A stretch of DNA of 64,000 nucleotides from an uncultured Clostridia bacterium (GCA_945876285.1 CAMCNO010000009.1:1875-65874); one strand, 5' to 3'; counted from the first letter of the stretch, positions 19,941 through 29,121 are shown. The notes: generated from the sequence alone by a model not told the origin. Translations and numbers: made by a program.

Positions 19941-21689
19941 TTAAGTCTCTGTAAAATCCGACCACTGGGCGGCGTACAGCTTTGCGTAAATACCGTCCTT
20001 TTCCAGCAGCTCCTCATGGGTGCCCCACTCCGCCACGCCGCCCTGATCCAGCACAAGAATGCGGTCGGCGCCCCGGATGGTCGCCAGCCGGTGAGCGATG
20101 ACGAAGCAGGTCCGGCCCCGGCGCAGGTGCTCCAGCGCCAGGCTGATCTCCCCCTCGGTCTCGGTGTCCACGTTGCTGGTGGCCTCGTCCAGAATGACGA
20201 TGTCCGCGTCGGTCAGCAGACACCGGGCGATGGCCAGAAGCTGCCGCTGGCCTTTGGAGATACCGGCCCCCTCATCGGTGAGGACGGTGTCGTACCCATC
20301 CGGCAGGGAGGTAATAAATCGGTGGATGCGGGCCGCCTTGGCGGCTTCGATAATTTGCTCCCGGGTGGCCCCCTCCGTGCCGTAGGCGATGTTCTCGGCG
20401 ATGGTGCCGCCGAACAGCCAGGTATCCTGCAGCACCAGGGCAAGTCTCCGCCGCAGGCCGTCCCGGCTGTACTGCCCCACCGGCACGCCGTCGATGGTGA
20501 TGGCGCCGCCCTGAGGCTCGTAGAACCGCAGAAGCAAACTCACCAGCGTGGTCTTTCCCGCGCCGGTAGGCCCCACCACAGCCGCCAGGCTCCCGGCGGG
20601 AACGTGGGCGGTGAAATCCCGCAGCACCGGGCGGGCCGGGTCGTAGCCGAAATCCACATGGTCGAAGGTGATGTCGCCCCGCAGGTCCCGGGCAGGCGCC
20701 GCGTCCGGGGCGTCTCCCGCCTCCGCCGTCTCGTCCAGCAGGTCCAGTACCCGCTCTGCCGCGGCGGCGCTGGCCTGCAGCTCGCTGAGGAGGTTGGCAG
20801 CCTCCCGGATAGGCCCGGAGAACTTCCGGGAATACAGGACAAAGGAAGACAGGCTCCCCAGCGTCAGGGCGCCGTTTAAGTACATCAAAGCCCCGAACAT
20901 ACTGATGGCCGCCAGGGATACATTATTAATAAAGTTGACAGAGGGCCCCAGGGCGGCGCTGGCCCGGTCCGCCTCGTAATAGGCCCGGGAGGCCTTGTCG
21001 TTGAACTTCTCGAACTGCTCTAGGTCTGCCGCCTCCACGCCGTAGGTGCGGATGGCACGCTGGCGGCCCACCCGCTCCTCGGCAAAGCCGTTGAGGGCAC
21101 CCAGCTCCCTGGAGCGCAGCCGGAACAGCGGATGCACCCGCTTCATCTGAAAGCGGGTCAGCACGGCGGACAGGGGCACGGTGACGAAAAACACGCCGGT
21201 CAGCTTCGGTGAGATGAACAGCAGCATCAGGAAAGAGCCCACCACCGTTAAAGCACTGGTGCTGAGCTGCAGAAAATCCGAGGAAATGGTGGCGTTCACC
21301 GTGTCCACGTCGTAGCAGATGCGGCTGATGAGGTCCCCCGCCGGGTGGGTGTCAAAATACTCCACCGGCAGCTCGCTCATGCGGTCAAAGGCCGCCTTCC
21401 GCAGGTCGTGGGACACGCCCTGGCCCACTTTAATGAGCCGGGAGGCGATGAGATAATTCAAAAGAGAGGAGCAGGCGTAGCAGGCCAGCATCCCGCCGCC
21501 GTTCCGCAGGACCCCGGCAAAATCCACACCGCCGGCCTCGGTGCCCACGGCATCCACCGCCCAGCCGGACAGCATGGGCGCCATCAGCGCCAGGAGGTTG
21601 GAGGCCACCATCAGCACAATCAAAAAAACCAGCTTGGGGCCGTAGGGCCGCAGGAACCGGGCCATCCGCCGCAGAAGGGATTTCTTCAT
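19941..21689 (-). CDS. ABC exporter TMD-NBD, heterodimer subunit
   Basis: GPTGAGKTT, ISKGQRQ, ILDEATS, IAHRL. Confidence 0.9.
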   Translation of the reverse strand: MKKSLLRRMARFLRPYGPKLVFLIVLMVASNLLALMAPMLSGWAVDAVGTEAGGVDFAGVLRNGGGMLACYACSSLLNYLIASRLIKVGQGVSHDLRKAAFDRMSELPVEYFDTHPAGDLISRICYDVDTVNATISSDFLQLSTSALTVVGSFLMLLFISPKLTGVFFVTVPLSAVLTRFQMKRVHPLFRLRSRELGALNGFAEERVGRQRAIRTYGVEAADLEQFEKFNDKASRAYYEADRASAALGPSVNFINNVSLAAISMFGALMYLNGALTLGSLSSFVLYSRKFSGPIREAANLLSELQASAAAAERVLDLLDETAEAGDAPDAAPARDLRGDITFDHVDFGYDPARPVLRDFTAHVPAGSLAAVVGPTGAGKTTLVSLLLRFYEPQGGAITIDGVPVGQYSRDGLRRRLALVLQDTWLFGGTIAENIAYGTEGATREQIIEAAKAARIHRFITSLPDGYDTVLTDEGAGISKGQRQLLAIARCLLTDADIVILDEATSNVDTETEGEISLALEHLRRGRTCFVIAHRLATIRGADRILVLDQGGVAEWGTHEELLEKDGIYAKLYAAQWSDFTET

Positions 21690-23395
21690 CCGTCGGCACC
21701 CCCCATCTGCAGCTCCGCCATCCGGCGGTAGCGCTCACACCGGGCCAGGAGCTGGCCGTGGTCGCCCTGATCGGCAATTTTTCCGTCCTCCAGTACCAAG
21801 ATGCGGTCCGCCTCCCGCAAAGAGGCGATGCGCTCCGAGATGACCACCAGCGTCACGCCGGGGCAGTCCCGGTGGATAGCGCCGTACAGGGCGGCGGCGG
21901 TGCGGTAGTCCAGGGCGCTGTCGGCGCTGTCCAGCACCAAAATCCCCGGCTTCGCTGCCAGGGCCCGGGCAATCAGCAGCCGCTGGCGCTGTCCGCCGGA
22001 GAGGTTGGCGCCCCGGATGTCCACCCGGGTGTCCAGACCCTCCGGCAGGGTCTCGATAAACTCCCACGCCTGGGCGGTTTTGGCCGCGGCGATGACATCC
22101 TCCCGGGACAAGCCCCGGAGGAACGAGATATTTTCATAAATGGTGTCGTTCAGCAGGGCTTCGTTCTGGAACACCACGCCGAACTTCCCCCGCAGGTCCT
22201 CCCTGCCCAGGGACGATGCGTCCCGGCCACCGACCCAGACCACGCCGCTGTCGGCGTCATACAGCCGCAGCAGCAGGCTGACCAGCGTGGTCTTGCCGCT
22301 GCCGATAGGCCCCAGGATACCCAGCATCTCCCCTTTTTTCAGGGAGAAACCGGCACCGTCCAAATCCTTTTCCACACCCAGGTAGGAGAACGACACGTCC
22401 TCCATCCCCAATTCCGCGTCGGACTGCTCCTCCGAGGGCCGCACCAGCTGGTCGGCGGGAGCCTGGATAATTTCTTCGATGCGCCGCAGGGACGCTGCGC
22501 CCTTGCTGATCTTCACAAAAATTTTCGCCATGCCCAGCGTGGCATTCTGAATGAGGGCAAAATAAGAGAGGAACGCCACAATCTGGCCCGCGTCCATCCG
22601 ACCGCTGTTCACCAGCACCGCGCCCACCACGACCACCAGCACCAGGCCGGAGTTCAGCAGGAAATCGGTGATGGGGTTGGCGGCGGCCATGACGCACCCG
22701 GCGGTCTCCTCGGTCCGGCGGGCGGTCTCATTGGCGGTCTGGAACCTCTCCCGCTCCCGCCCCTGGCAGGCCAGGGCCTTGATGACCCGGACGCCGGAGG
22801 CATTCTCCCGGATGATGCGGACCACGGTGTCCACTGCCGTCTGGGCCTTTGTATAATAAGGTATCCCCCGGCGGGTCACCAGCCAGATGGTGAAAAAGGT
22901 CAGACCGCACACGGCAAACTGCACCACCCCCAGGGCCGGCGCCCGCAGGAAGGTGAGCACCAGGCCGCCCAGCACCAGCATGGGCGCCCGGATGCCGCCC
23001 CGCTGCACCTTGTCGAACATCTGGTGTACATTGTAAGTATCATTGGTCAGGCGGGACACCAGGGACGAGATGGAAAACCGGTCCATCTGGGCGCAGGACA
23101 GCCGTTCCACCCGGCTGTACAGGTCCCGCCGCAGCACCCGGGTCACTTCCATGGAGACCCAAGCTGCCATGCGGTTGGCGGTGATGTTGCACAGCGCCGC
23201 GCCGCAGGAGAGCACCATCATCAGTCCGCCGGTTCGCCAGATGGCGTCCAGGTCCCGGGCAGGCACGCACACGTCGATGATATGGGCCAGCAGCAGCGGC
23301 AATATCAGCTCCAGAATGGCGGCGGTGAATTTGATGGCCACGCCGCAGCACACCCGCTTTCCATAGGGGCGCAGGTATCGAAAGGCCGTCCTCAT
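21686..23395 (-). CDS. ABC exporter TMD-NBD, heterodimer subunit with degenerate Walker B/switch
   Basis: GPIGSGKTT, LSGGQRQR, VLDSADS (no catalytic Glu), ISER (no His); RBS GGGAGG. Confidence 0.88.
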   Translation of the reverse strand: MRTAFRYLRPYGKRVCCGVAIKFTAAILELILPLLLAHIIDVCVPARDLDAIWRTGGLMMVLSCGAALCNITANRMAAWVSMEVTRVLRRDLYSRVERLSCAQMDRFSISSLVSRLTNDTYNVHQMFDKVQRGGIRAPMLVLGGLVLTFLRAPALGVVQFAVCGLTFFTIWLVTRRGIPYYTKAQTAVDTVVRIIRENASGVRVIKALACQGRERERFQTANETARRTEETAGCVMAAANPITDFLLNSGLVLVVVVGAVLVNSGRMDAGQIVAFLSYFALIQNATLGMAKIFVKISKGAASLRRIEEIIQAPADQLVRPSEEQSDAELGMEDVSFSYLGVEKDLDGAGFSLKKGEMLGILGPIGSGKTTLVSLLLRLYDADSGVVWVGGRDASSLGREDLRGKFGVVFQNEALLNDTIYENISFLRGLSREDVIAAAKTAQAWEFIETLPEGLDTRVDIRGANLSGGQRQRLLIARALAAKPGILVLDSADSALDYRTAAALYGAIHRDCPGVTLVVISERIASLREADRILVLEDGKIADQGDHGQLLARCERYRRMAELQMGGADG

Positions 23396-23636
23396 GGTAT
23401 CCTCCCTTCTCAAACGTTTACAATTGTGATTTAGTTACCATGATACCACGCCCCTTTTTCAAGTCAATTCGCATTTTGTTGCAACCTCGCAACTATTTTT
23501 TGCGCATTTTGCGCTGAGGCCGTTTCACCCCTCTCAGAAGCGCGCATTTTCCGCTCCGGCGCATTTTTTATGTACTATGCACAAATTAAAATAGCCGCTT
23601 TTGACTTTTCTGTGTCATTTGCCGTCGTTTTTGCGG

Positions 23637-23665
23637 TTGACTTTTCCACTTTAAGCCTCTAAAAT
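23637..23665 (+). promoter_or_regulatory. sigma-A promoter of the leader-liv transcript
   Basis: TTGACT(23637-23642)-17 bp-TAAAAT(23660-23665). Confidence 0.7.
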
Positions 23666-23710
23666 AAGTACCAACCTGAAACGACCCTTACCGGAAAGGA
23701 GCTGTACACC

Positions 23711-23968
23711 ATGACCTTCACCCAGATGCATAACCGCATGATGTCTCATGGTATGGCCTCTTTCTGCGCGGAAGCCGCGTCTTGGCGCGCGCAGTCTGCT
23801 CAGGCTTTCTCCAACTCCATGATGCTGATTTTGGGCGCCATTATTATGGCGTCCATTATTATTGCGCGCCTGTTTGCCCTGTCCATTCTGGGCCTGCTGG
23901 TACTGGTACTGGTAGTTCTGCTGATTACCGCGCATTTCGATACGCCATGGACGCGAAATCCCGCCTGA
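23711..23968 (+). CDS. Putative Ile/Leu/Val-rich leader (attenuator) peptide of the liv operon, 85 aa
   Basis: RBS AAAGGAG 23695-23701; no I/L/V in codons 1-38 or 73-85, 23 of 34 in codons 39-72; terminator 17 nt after the stop. Confidence 0.7.
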   Translation: MTFTQMHNRMMSHGMASFCAEAASWRAQSAQAFSNSMMLILGAIIMASIIIARLFALSILGLLVLVLVVLLITAHFDTPWTRNPA

Positions 23969-23985
23969 CTGTGTGTTGATACAGC

Positions 23986-24020
23986 AAAGCGGCTCCGCCA
24001 CATGGCGGGGCCGCTTTTTT
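23986..24020 (+). terminator. Intrinsic terminator (candidate attenuator) between leader ORF and livJ
   Basis: AAAGCGGCTCCGCC-ACAT-GGCGGGGCCGCTTTTTT. Confidence 0.85.
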
Positions 24021-24051
24021 GTATAATATCAAACCTAAAGGAGAACCCAAG

Positions 24052-25239
24052 ATGAAAAAGAAGTTGTTTGCTCTCATGATGGCCATGACCATGACCGTCA
24101 GCCTCGCCGCCTGCGGCGGCGGCAAGACCGAGACCCCCGCCCCCAGCACCGAGACCCCCGCCGCCTCCGGCGAAGCCGGCGGCACCTTCAAGCTGGGCAC
24201 CATCGGCCCCCTGACCGGCGACGCCGCCATCTACGGCCAGGCCGTTGCCAACGGCGCCAAGATCGCCGTGGACGAGATCAATGCCGCGGGCGGTGCCATC
24301 CAGTTCGAGTTCCAGTCCCAGGACGACGTTGCCGACGGCGAGACCTCCGTCAACGCCTACAACAAGCTGATGGACTGGGGCATGCAGGTCATGGTCGGCC
24401 CCACCACTACCGGCGCCTCCATCGCCGTGTCCGACAAGGTGTACGCTGACCGCACCATCATGCTGACTCCCTCCGCCTCCTCTCCCGACGTCACCGCCGG
24501 CAAGGACAACGTGTTCCAGGTCTGCTTCACCGACCCCAACCAGGGCACCGGCTCCGCTGACTATATTTCCGACAACATGACCGGCGCCAAGGTGGCCGTC
24601 ATCTACCGCAACGACGACGCCTACTCTCAGGGCATCCGGGACACCTTCGTGGCCGAGGCTGCCGCCAAGGGCCTGGAGGTCGTCTATGAGGGCACCTTCA
24701 CCGCCGACACCTCCACCGACTTCTCCGTGCAGCTGACCGCCGCCCAGTCCGCCGGCGCCGACACCGTGTTCCTGCCCATCTACTACCAGCCCGCCTCCGT
24801 CATCCTGACCCAGGCCGCCGCTATGAACTACGCTCCCACCTTCTTCGGCGTGGACGGCATGGACGGCATCCTGACCATGGAGGGCTTCGACAACTCCCTG
24901 GCCGAGGGCGTCATGCTGCTGACTCCCTTCTCCGCCGACGCTGAGGACGCGCGCACCCAGAACTTCGTCAAGGCCTATCAGGCCGCTTACGGCGATATCC
25001 CCAACCAGTTCGCCGCCGACGCCTATGACGGCGTGTACATCATGAAGGCCGCTCTGGAGGCCGCCGGCTGCACCGCCGACATGTCCTCCGCCGACATCTG
25101 CGAGGCTGTTGTGTCCGTCATGACCACCATCTCCGTGGACGGCCTGACCGGCCAGGGCATGACCTGGTCCGCCGACGGCGCCGTGTCCAAGGCACCCATG
25201 GCCGTGGTCATCAAGGACGGCGTGTACGTCACTCCCTGA
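24052..25239 (+). CDS. livJ: Branched-chain amino acid ABC substrate-binding lipoprotein
   Basis: Lipobox LAAC; GPLTGDAAIYG, AVDEINAAGG, FQVCFTDPNQG, AADAYD; liv operon context. Confidence 0.88.
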   Translation: MKKKLFALMMAMTMTVSLAACGGGKTETPAPSTETPAASGEAGGTFKLGTIGPLTGDAAIYGQAVANGAKIAVDEINAAGGAIQFEFQSQDDVADGETSVNAYNKLMDWGMQVMVGPTTTGASIAVSDKVYADRTIMLTPSASSPDVTAGKDNVFQVCFTDPNQGTGSADYISDNMTGAKVAVIYRNDDAYSQGIRDTFVAEAAAKGLEVVYEGTFTADTSTDFSVQLTAAQSAGADTVFLPIYYQPASVILTQAAAMNYAPTFFGVDGMDGILTMEGFDNSLAEGVMLLTPFSADAEDARTQNFVKAYQAAYGDIPNQFAADAYDGVYIMKAALEAAGCTADMSSADICEAVVSVMTTISVDGLTGQGMTWSADGAVSKAPMAVVIKDGVYVTP

Positions 25240-25416
25240 CGCGGTACCCTCTCCCCTGCGGAGACCGTCGGATGGGGCTTCGGCCCCTCCGGCGTGCCTT
25301 CGCGTTCCGCGTTCTATGGTGGAAACATGGGCGGAACCCCTTGTTTCCGCCTGTATTTCTGCCATAGATACATGATATTCAATGTAAACCACACAGAAAA
25401 CGAGGTGTTTTCCCCC

Positions 25417-26295
25417 ATGGAATTCCTGTCCTACCTGATCAGCGGCGTGTCCCTGGGCAGTGTGTACGCCATTATCGCTCTGGGCTACACCATGGTCTAC
25501 GGCATCGCCAAAATGCTGAACTTCGCCCATGGCGACATCATCATGGTGGGCGGCTATATCTCCTTCTGCGCCATGAGCTACCTGGGCCTCCCCGGCTGGC
25601 TGGCGACGCTGCTGGCGATGGCCGTCTGCACCGTGCTGGGCATCGTCATCGAGGGCCTGGCCTATAAGCCCCTCCGCTCCGCCCCCTCCCTGGCGGTCCT
25701 CATCACCGCCATCGGCGTCAGCTACTTCCTGCAGAACAGCGCCCTGCTGATCTGGAAGGCGGCCCCCAAGGTCTACCAGCCGGTGGTCTCCGGCTCCCTG
25801 ACGCTGTTCGGCGGCCAGCTCTCCGTGCCCTACGCCTCAGTGCTGACCATGGCGGCGTGTCTCGTCATCATGGCGGCGCTGACGCTGTTCATCAGCAAGA
25901 GCAAGATGGGCAAGGCCATGCGCGCCTGCTCTGAGGACAAGGGCGCCGCCCAGCTCATGGGCATCAACGTCAACGCCACCATCTCCACCACCTTCGCCAT
26001 CGGCTCCGCCCTGGCTGCCGTCGCCGGCGTTCTGTTGTGCACCTCCTACCCCACCCTGCAGCCCACCACCGGCTCCATGCCCGGCATCAAGGCCTTCACC
26101 GCCGCCGTGTTCGGCGGCATCGGCTCCATCCCCGGCGCGTTCCTGGGCGGATTGCTCCTGGGCGTCATTGAGGCCATGGCAAAAGCCTACATCTCCACCA
26201 ACCTGGCAAACTCCATCGTGTTCGCCGTGCTGATCGTGGTGCTGCTGGTGAAGCCCGCGGGCCTTCTGGGCAAGTACGTGCCCGAGAAAGTGTGA
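25417..26295 (+). CDS. livH: BCAA ABC permease
   Basis: GSVYAIIALGYTMVYGIAKMLNFAHGD, GKAMRA, FGGIGSIPGA. Confidence 0.92.
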   Translation: MEFLSYLISGVSLGSVYAIIALGYTMVYGIAKMLNFAHGDIIMVGGYISFCAMSYLGLPGWLATLLAMAVCTVLGIVIEGLAYKPLRSAPSLAVLITAIGVSYFLQNSALLIWKAAPKVYQPVVSGSLTLFGGQLSVPYASVLTMAACLVIMAALTLFISKSKMGKAMRACSEDKGAAQLMGINVNATISTTFAIGSALAAVAGVLLCTSYPTLQPTTGSMPGIKAFTAAVFGGIGSIPGAFLGGLLLGVIEAMAKAYISTNLANSIVFAVLIVVLLVKPAGLLGKYVPEKV

Positions 26296-26303
26296 GGTGT
26301 GCC

Positions 26304-27374
26304 ATGAAGAATCTTCACATGAAAAAATACACCCGCACCAACCTGCTGACCTACCTCGGCGTCATCGCCGCCTTCGTAGTGATGAATATGCTCAGCGCCT
26401 CCGGCTCCCTGAGCCGCTCCCTCACCGGCCAGCTGGTCCCCATCTGCTGCTATATGTCCATGGCCGTCTCCCTGAACCTGACGGTGGGCATCCTGGGCGA
26501 GCTGAGCCTGGGCCACGCCGGGTTTATGAGCGTGGGCGCCTTCTCCGGCATCGTGGCGGCCATGAGCCTCCAGAGCGCCATTCCCTCTGCCCCCCTGCGC
26601 CTGGTCATCGCCATGGCGGTGGGCGCCGCCGCCGCTGCCCTGGCGGGCCTGGTGGTGGGCACCCCCGTGCTGCGGCTCCGGGGCGACTACCTGGCCATCG
26701 TCACCCTGGCCTTCGGTGAGATCATCAAAGAGCTGGTGAACTGCCTGCTGGTGGGCTATGACTCCAAGGGCCTCCACGTCCTGTTCAACCTCTCCGGCAA
26801 CAAGTCCGTGGCGGACCTGGGCCTGGAGCCCGGCGGCCTCGCCATCATCAAGGGCGCCCAGGGCGCCACCGGCACCGCCACCATCGCCACCTTCACCGCC
26901 GGCTTCGTCCTGGTCCTGGTGACGCTGTTCGTGGTGCTGAACCTGAAGCACAGCCGTGCGGGCCGGGCCATCATGGCCCTGCGGGACAATGCCATCGCCG
27001 CTGAGAGCGTGGGACTGAACATCACCAAGTACAAGATGATGGCCTTCGTCACCTCCGCCGCCCTGGCGGGCGCCGCCGGCGCGCTGTACGGGTTGAACTT
27101 CTCCTCCCTGCAGGCCACCAAGTTCAACTTCAACACTTCCATCCTGGTGCTGGTGTTCGTGGTGCTGGGCGGCCTTGGCAACATCTGGGGCTCCCTCATT
27201 GCCGCCGCGGCCCTAACGGTGCTGCCGGAGCTGCTCCGTGCCTTCTCCGACTACCGGATGCTGGTCTACGCCGTGGTGCTCATTCTGGTCATGCTCACCA
27301 CCAACAATCCCACTCTGAAATCCTTCTTCGGCCGGTTCAAGCCCGGCAAGTCCCACGGAAAGGAGGCCGCCTGA
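26304..27374 (+). CDS. livM: BCAA ABC permease
   Basis: GELSLGHAGF, LRLRGDYLAIVTLAFGEI, VLGGLG. Confidence 0.92.
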   Translation: MKNLHMKKYTRTNLLTYLGVIAAFVVMNMLSASGSLSRSLTGQLVPICCYMSMAVSLNLTVGILGELSLGHAGFMSVGAFSGIVAAMSLQSAIPSAPLRLVIAMAVGAAAAALAGLVVGTPVLRLRGDYLAIVTLAFGEIIKELVNCLLVGYDSKGLHVLFNLSGNKSVADLGLEPGGLAIIKGAQGATGTATIATFTAGFVLVLVTLFVVLNLKHSRAGRAIMALRDNAIAAESVGLNITKYKMMAFVTSAALAGAAGALYGLNFSSLQATKFNFNTSILVLVFVVLGGLGNIWGSLIAAAALTVLPELLRAFSDYRMLVYAVVLILVMLTTNNPTLKSFFGRFKPGKSHGKEAA

Positions 27375-27375
27375 T

Positions 27376-28209
27376 ATGTTTGGAAAGCTCGTTCCCGTCC
27401 CCTCCGGCGCTATGATCCCAGACCGGGACATCGGCAAAAAGCCCATTTTGGAGTGCGTGAATCTGGGCATCACCTTCGGCGGCCTGAAGGCCGTGGAGGA
27501 CTTCAACCTCACCATCGGCCGCACGGAGATCGCGGGCCTCATCGGCCCCAACGGTGCGGGCAAGACCACGGTGTTCAACCTGCTCACCAAGGTCTACCAG
27601 CCCACCCACGGCACCATCCTGCTGGGCGGCAAGGACACCCACGGCATGAACACCATGCAGGTGAACCGGGCGGGCATCGCCCGTACCTTCCAGAACATCC
27701 GCCTGTTCCAGAAGCTGTCCGTGGAGGACAACGTGAAGGTGGGCATGGACGCCAACATGAAATACAACATGTGGAGCGGCATTTTCCGCCTCCCCGGCTA
27801 CTGGCATGAGGAGAAGGCGGCCCACGACCGTGCCCTGGAGCTGCTGAGCCTGTTCAACATGGCGGACCTGGCGGACGTCCCCGCCGGCTCCCTGCCCTAC
27901 GGCGCCCAGCGCCGCTTGGAGATCGTCCGGGCGCTGGCTACCAACCCCTCCCTCCTGCTGCTGGACGAGCCTGCCGCCGGCATGAACCCCTCGGAGACGG
28001 CGGAGCTGATGGAAAACATCCGCAAAATTCGGGACACCTTCCAGATCGCTGTTCTGCTGATCGAGCACGACATGAACCTGGTCATGAACATCTGCGAGGG
28101 CATCTGCGTGCTGAACTTCGGCCGCGTCATTGCCAAGGGCAGCCCGGAGGACATCCAGTCCAACCCCGCCGTCATTGAGGCGTACCTGGGCAAGAAAAAG
28201 GAGGCGTAA
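27376..28209 (+). CDS. livG: BCAA ABC ATP-binding protein
   Basis: GPNGAGKTT, RTFQNIRLF, LPYGAQRRLEI, LDEPAAG, IEHDM. Confidence 0.93.
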   Translation: MFGKLVPVPSGAMIPDRDIGKKPILECVNLGITFGGLKAVEDFNLTIGRTEIAGLIGPNGAGKTTVFNLLTKVYQPTHGTILLGGKDTHGMNTMQVNRAGIARTFQNIRLFQKLSVEDNVKVGMDANMKYNMWSGIFRLPGYWHEEKAAHDRALELLSLFNMADLADVPAGSLPYGAQRRLEIVRALATNPSLLLLDEPAAGMNPSETAELMENIRKIRDTFQIAVLLIEHDMNLVMNICEGICVLNFGRVIAKGSPEDIQSNPAVIEAYLGKKKEA

Positions 28210-28211
28210 GC

Positions 28212-28922
28212 ATGGAAGCGATTCTGAAAGTTGAGGACATCAACGTCTATTACGGCAGCATCCATGCCATCAAGGGCGTCTCCTTCGAGGTCAACGAGGG
28301 CGAGATCGTCACCCTCATCGGTGCCAACGGCGCAGGCAAATCCACCACCCTGAACACCATCTCCGGCCTGCTCCACAGCAAGACCGGCTCCGTCACCTTC
28401 ATGGGGGAGAACCTGGGCAAGATCCCCTGCCATAAGATCGTCTCCAAGGGTCTGGCCCTGGTGCCGGAGGGCCGCCGCGTCTTCTTGCAGATGACCGTCC
28501 AGGAGAATCTGGAAATGGGCGCCTTCACCCAGGGCGGCAAGACGCTGGACGATGACCTGGAGCGGGTCTACGAGCAGTTCCCCCGCCTGAAAGAGCGCAT
28601 GAAGCAGGTGGCGGGCACGCTGTCCGGCGGCGAGCAGCAGATGCTTGCCATGGGCCGCGCGCTCATGAGCCATCCCAAGCTGCTGATGCTGGACGAACCC
28701 TCCATGGGCCTGGCCCCCATCCTGGTGGAGCAGATCTTCGACATCATCCAGGAGCTGCACAAGGCGGGCACCACCATCCTACTGGTGGAGCAGAACGCCC
28801 AGGCGGCCCTGTCCGTAGCCGACCGGGGCTACGTGCTGGAGACCGGCAAGGTGGTCACCACCGGCACCGGTCACGAGCTGCTGGAAAGCCCCGCCATCAA
28901 GAAAGCCTACCTCGGCGGCTGA
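28212..28922 (+). CDS. livF: BCAA ABC ATP-binding protein
   Basis: GANGAGKST, VPEGRRVF, LSGGEQQM, DEPSMGLAP, VEQN. Confidence 0.93.
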   Translation: MEAILKVEDINVYYGSIHAIKGVSFEVNEGEIVTLIGANGAGKSTTLNTISGLLHSKTGSVTFMGENLGKIPCHKIVSKGLALVPEGRRVFLQMTVQENLEMGAFTQGGKTLDDDLERVYEQFPRLKERMKQVAGTLSGGEQQMLAMGRALMSHPKLLMLDEPSMGLAPILVEQIFDIIQELHKAGTTILLVEQNAQAALSVADRGYVLETGKVVTTGTGHELLESPAIKKAYLGG

Positions 28923-28925
28923 TCG

Positions 28926-29035
28926 TCGCAGCAAAGTCCGCTCCGCTCTGTTTCCGCCTCCCGGCGAAAACTGCGCTCCGCTTCCTTGCTTCTCCTCTTT
29001 CGCGTCAAATCCGCTTCGCTGGGTTTTGACGCGAA
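28926..29035. repeat. Structured REP-like intergenic element with three CGCT(C/T)CGCT motifs
   Basis: CGCTCCGCT at 28939 and 28974, CGCTTCGCT at 29012 in the loop of the 11-bp stem TTCGCGTCAAA/TTTGACGCGAA. Confidence 0.45.
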
Positions 29036-29085
29036 TCAGGAAAAGGCAGCGTAAAACGGCACATCCGGCGCTAACCGTGACAATA

Positions 29086-29121
29086 AAAAGGAGAGCGCGG
29101 GCGCGTTCTCCTTTTTTCTTT
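29086..29121 (+). terminator. liv operon terminator
   Basis: AAAAGGAGAGCGCG-GG-CGCGTTCTCCTTTTTTCTTT. Confidence 0.75.

Noticed and set aside
21686-23395. Pseudogene/inactive ABC because of the degenerate Walker B and missing His
   Set aside because: Normal for one subunit of heterodimeric exporters; the partner retains the DE and H motifs.
23897-23914. CRISPR or phase-variable repeat
   Set aside because: Only (CTGGTA)x3, in frame; no repeat-spacer array or cas genes in the window.
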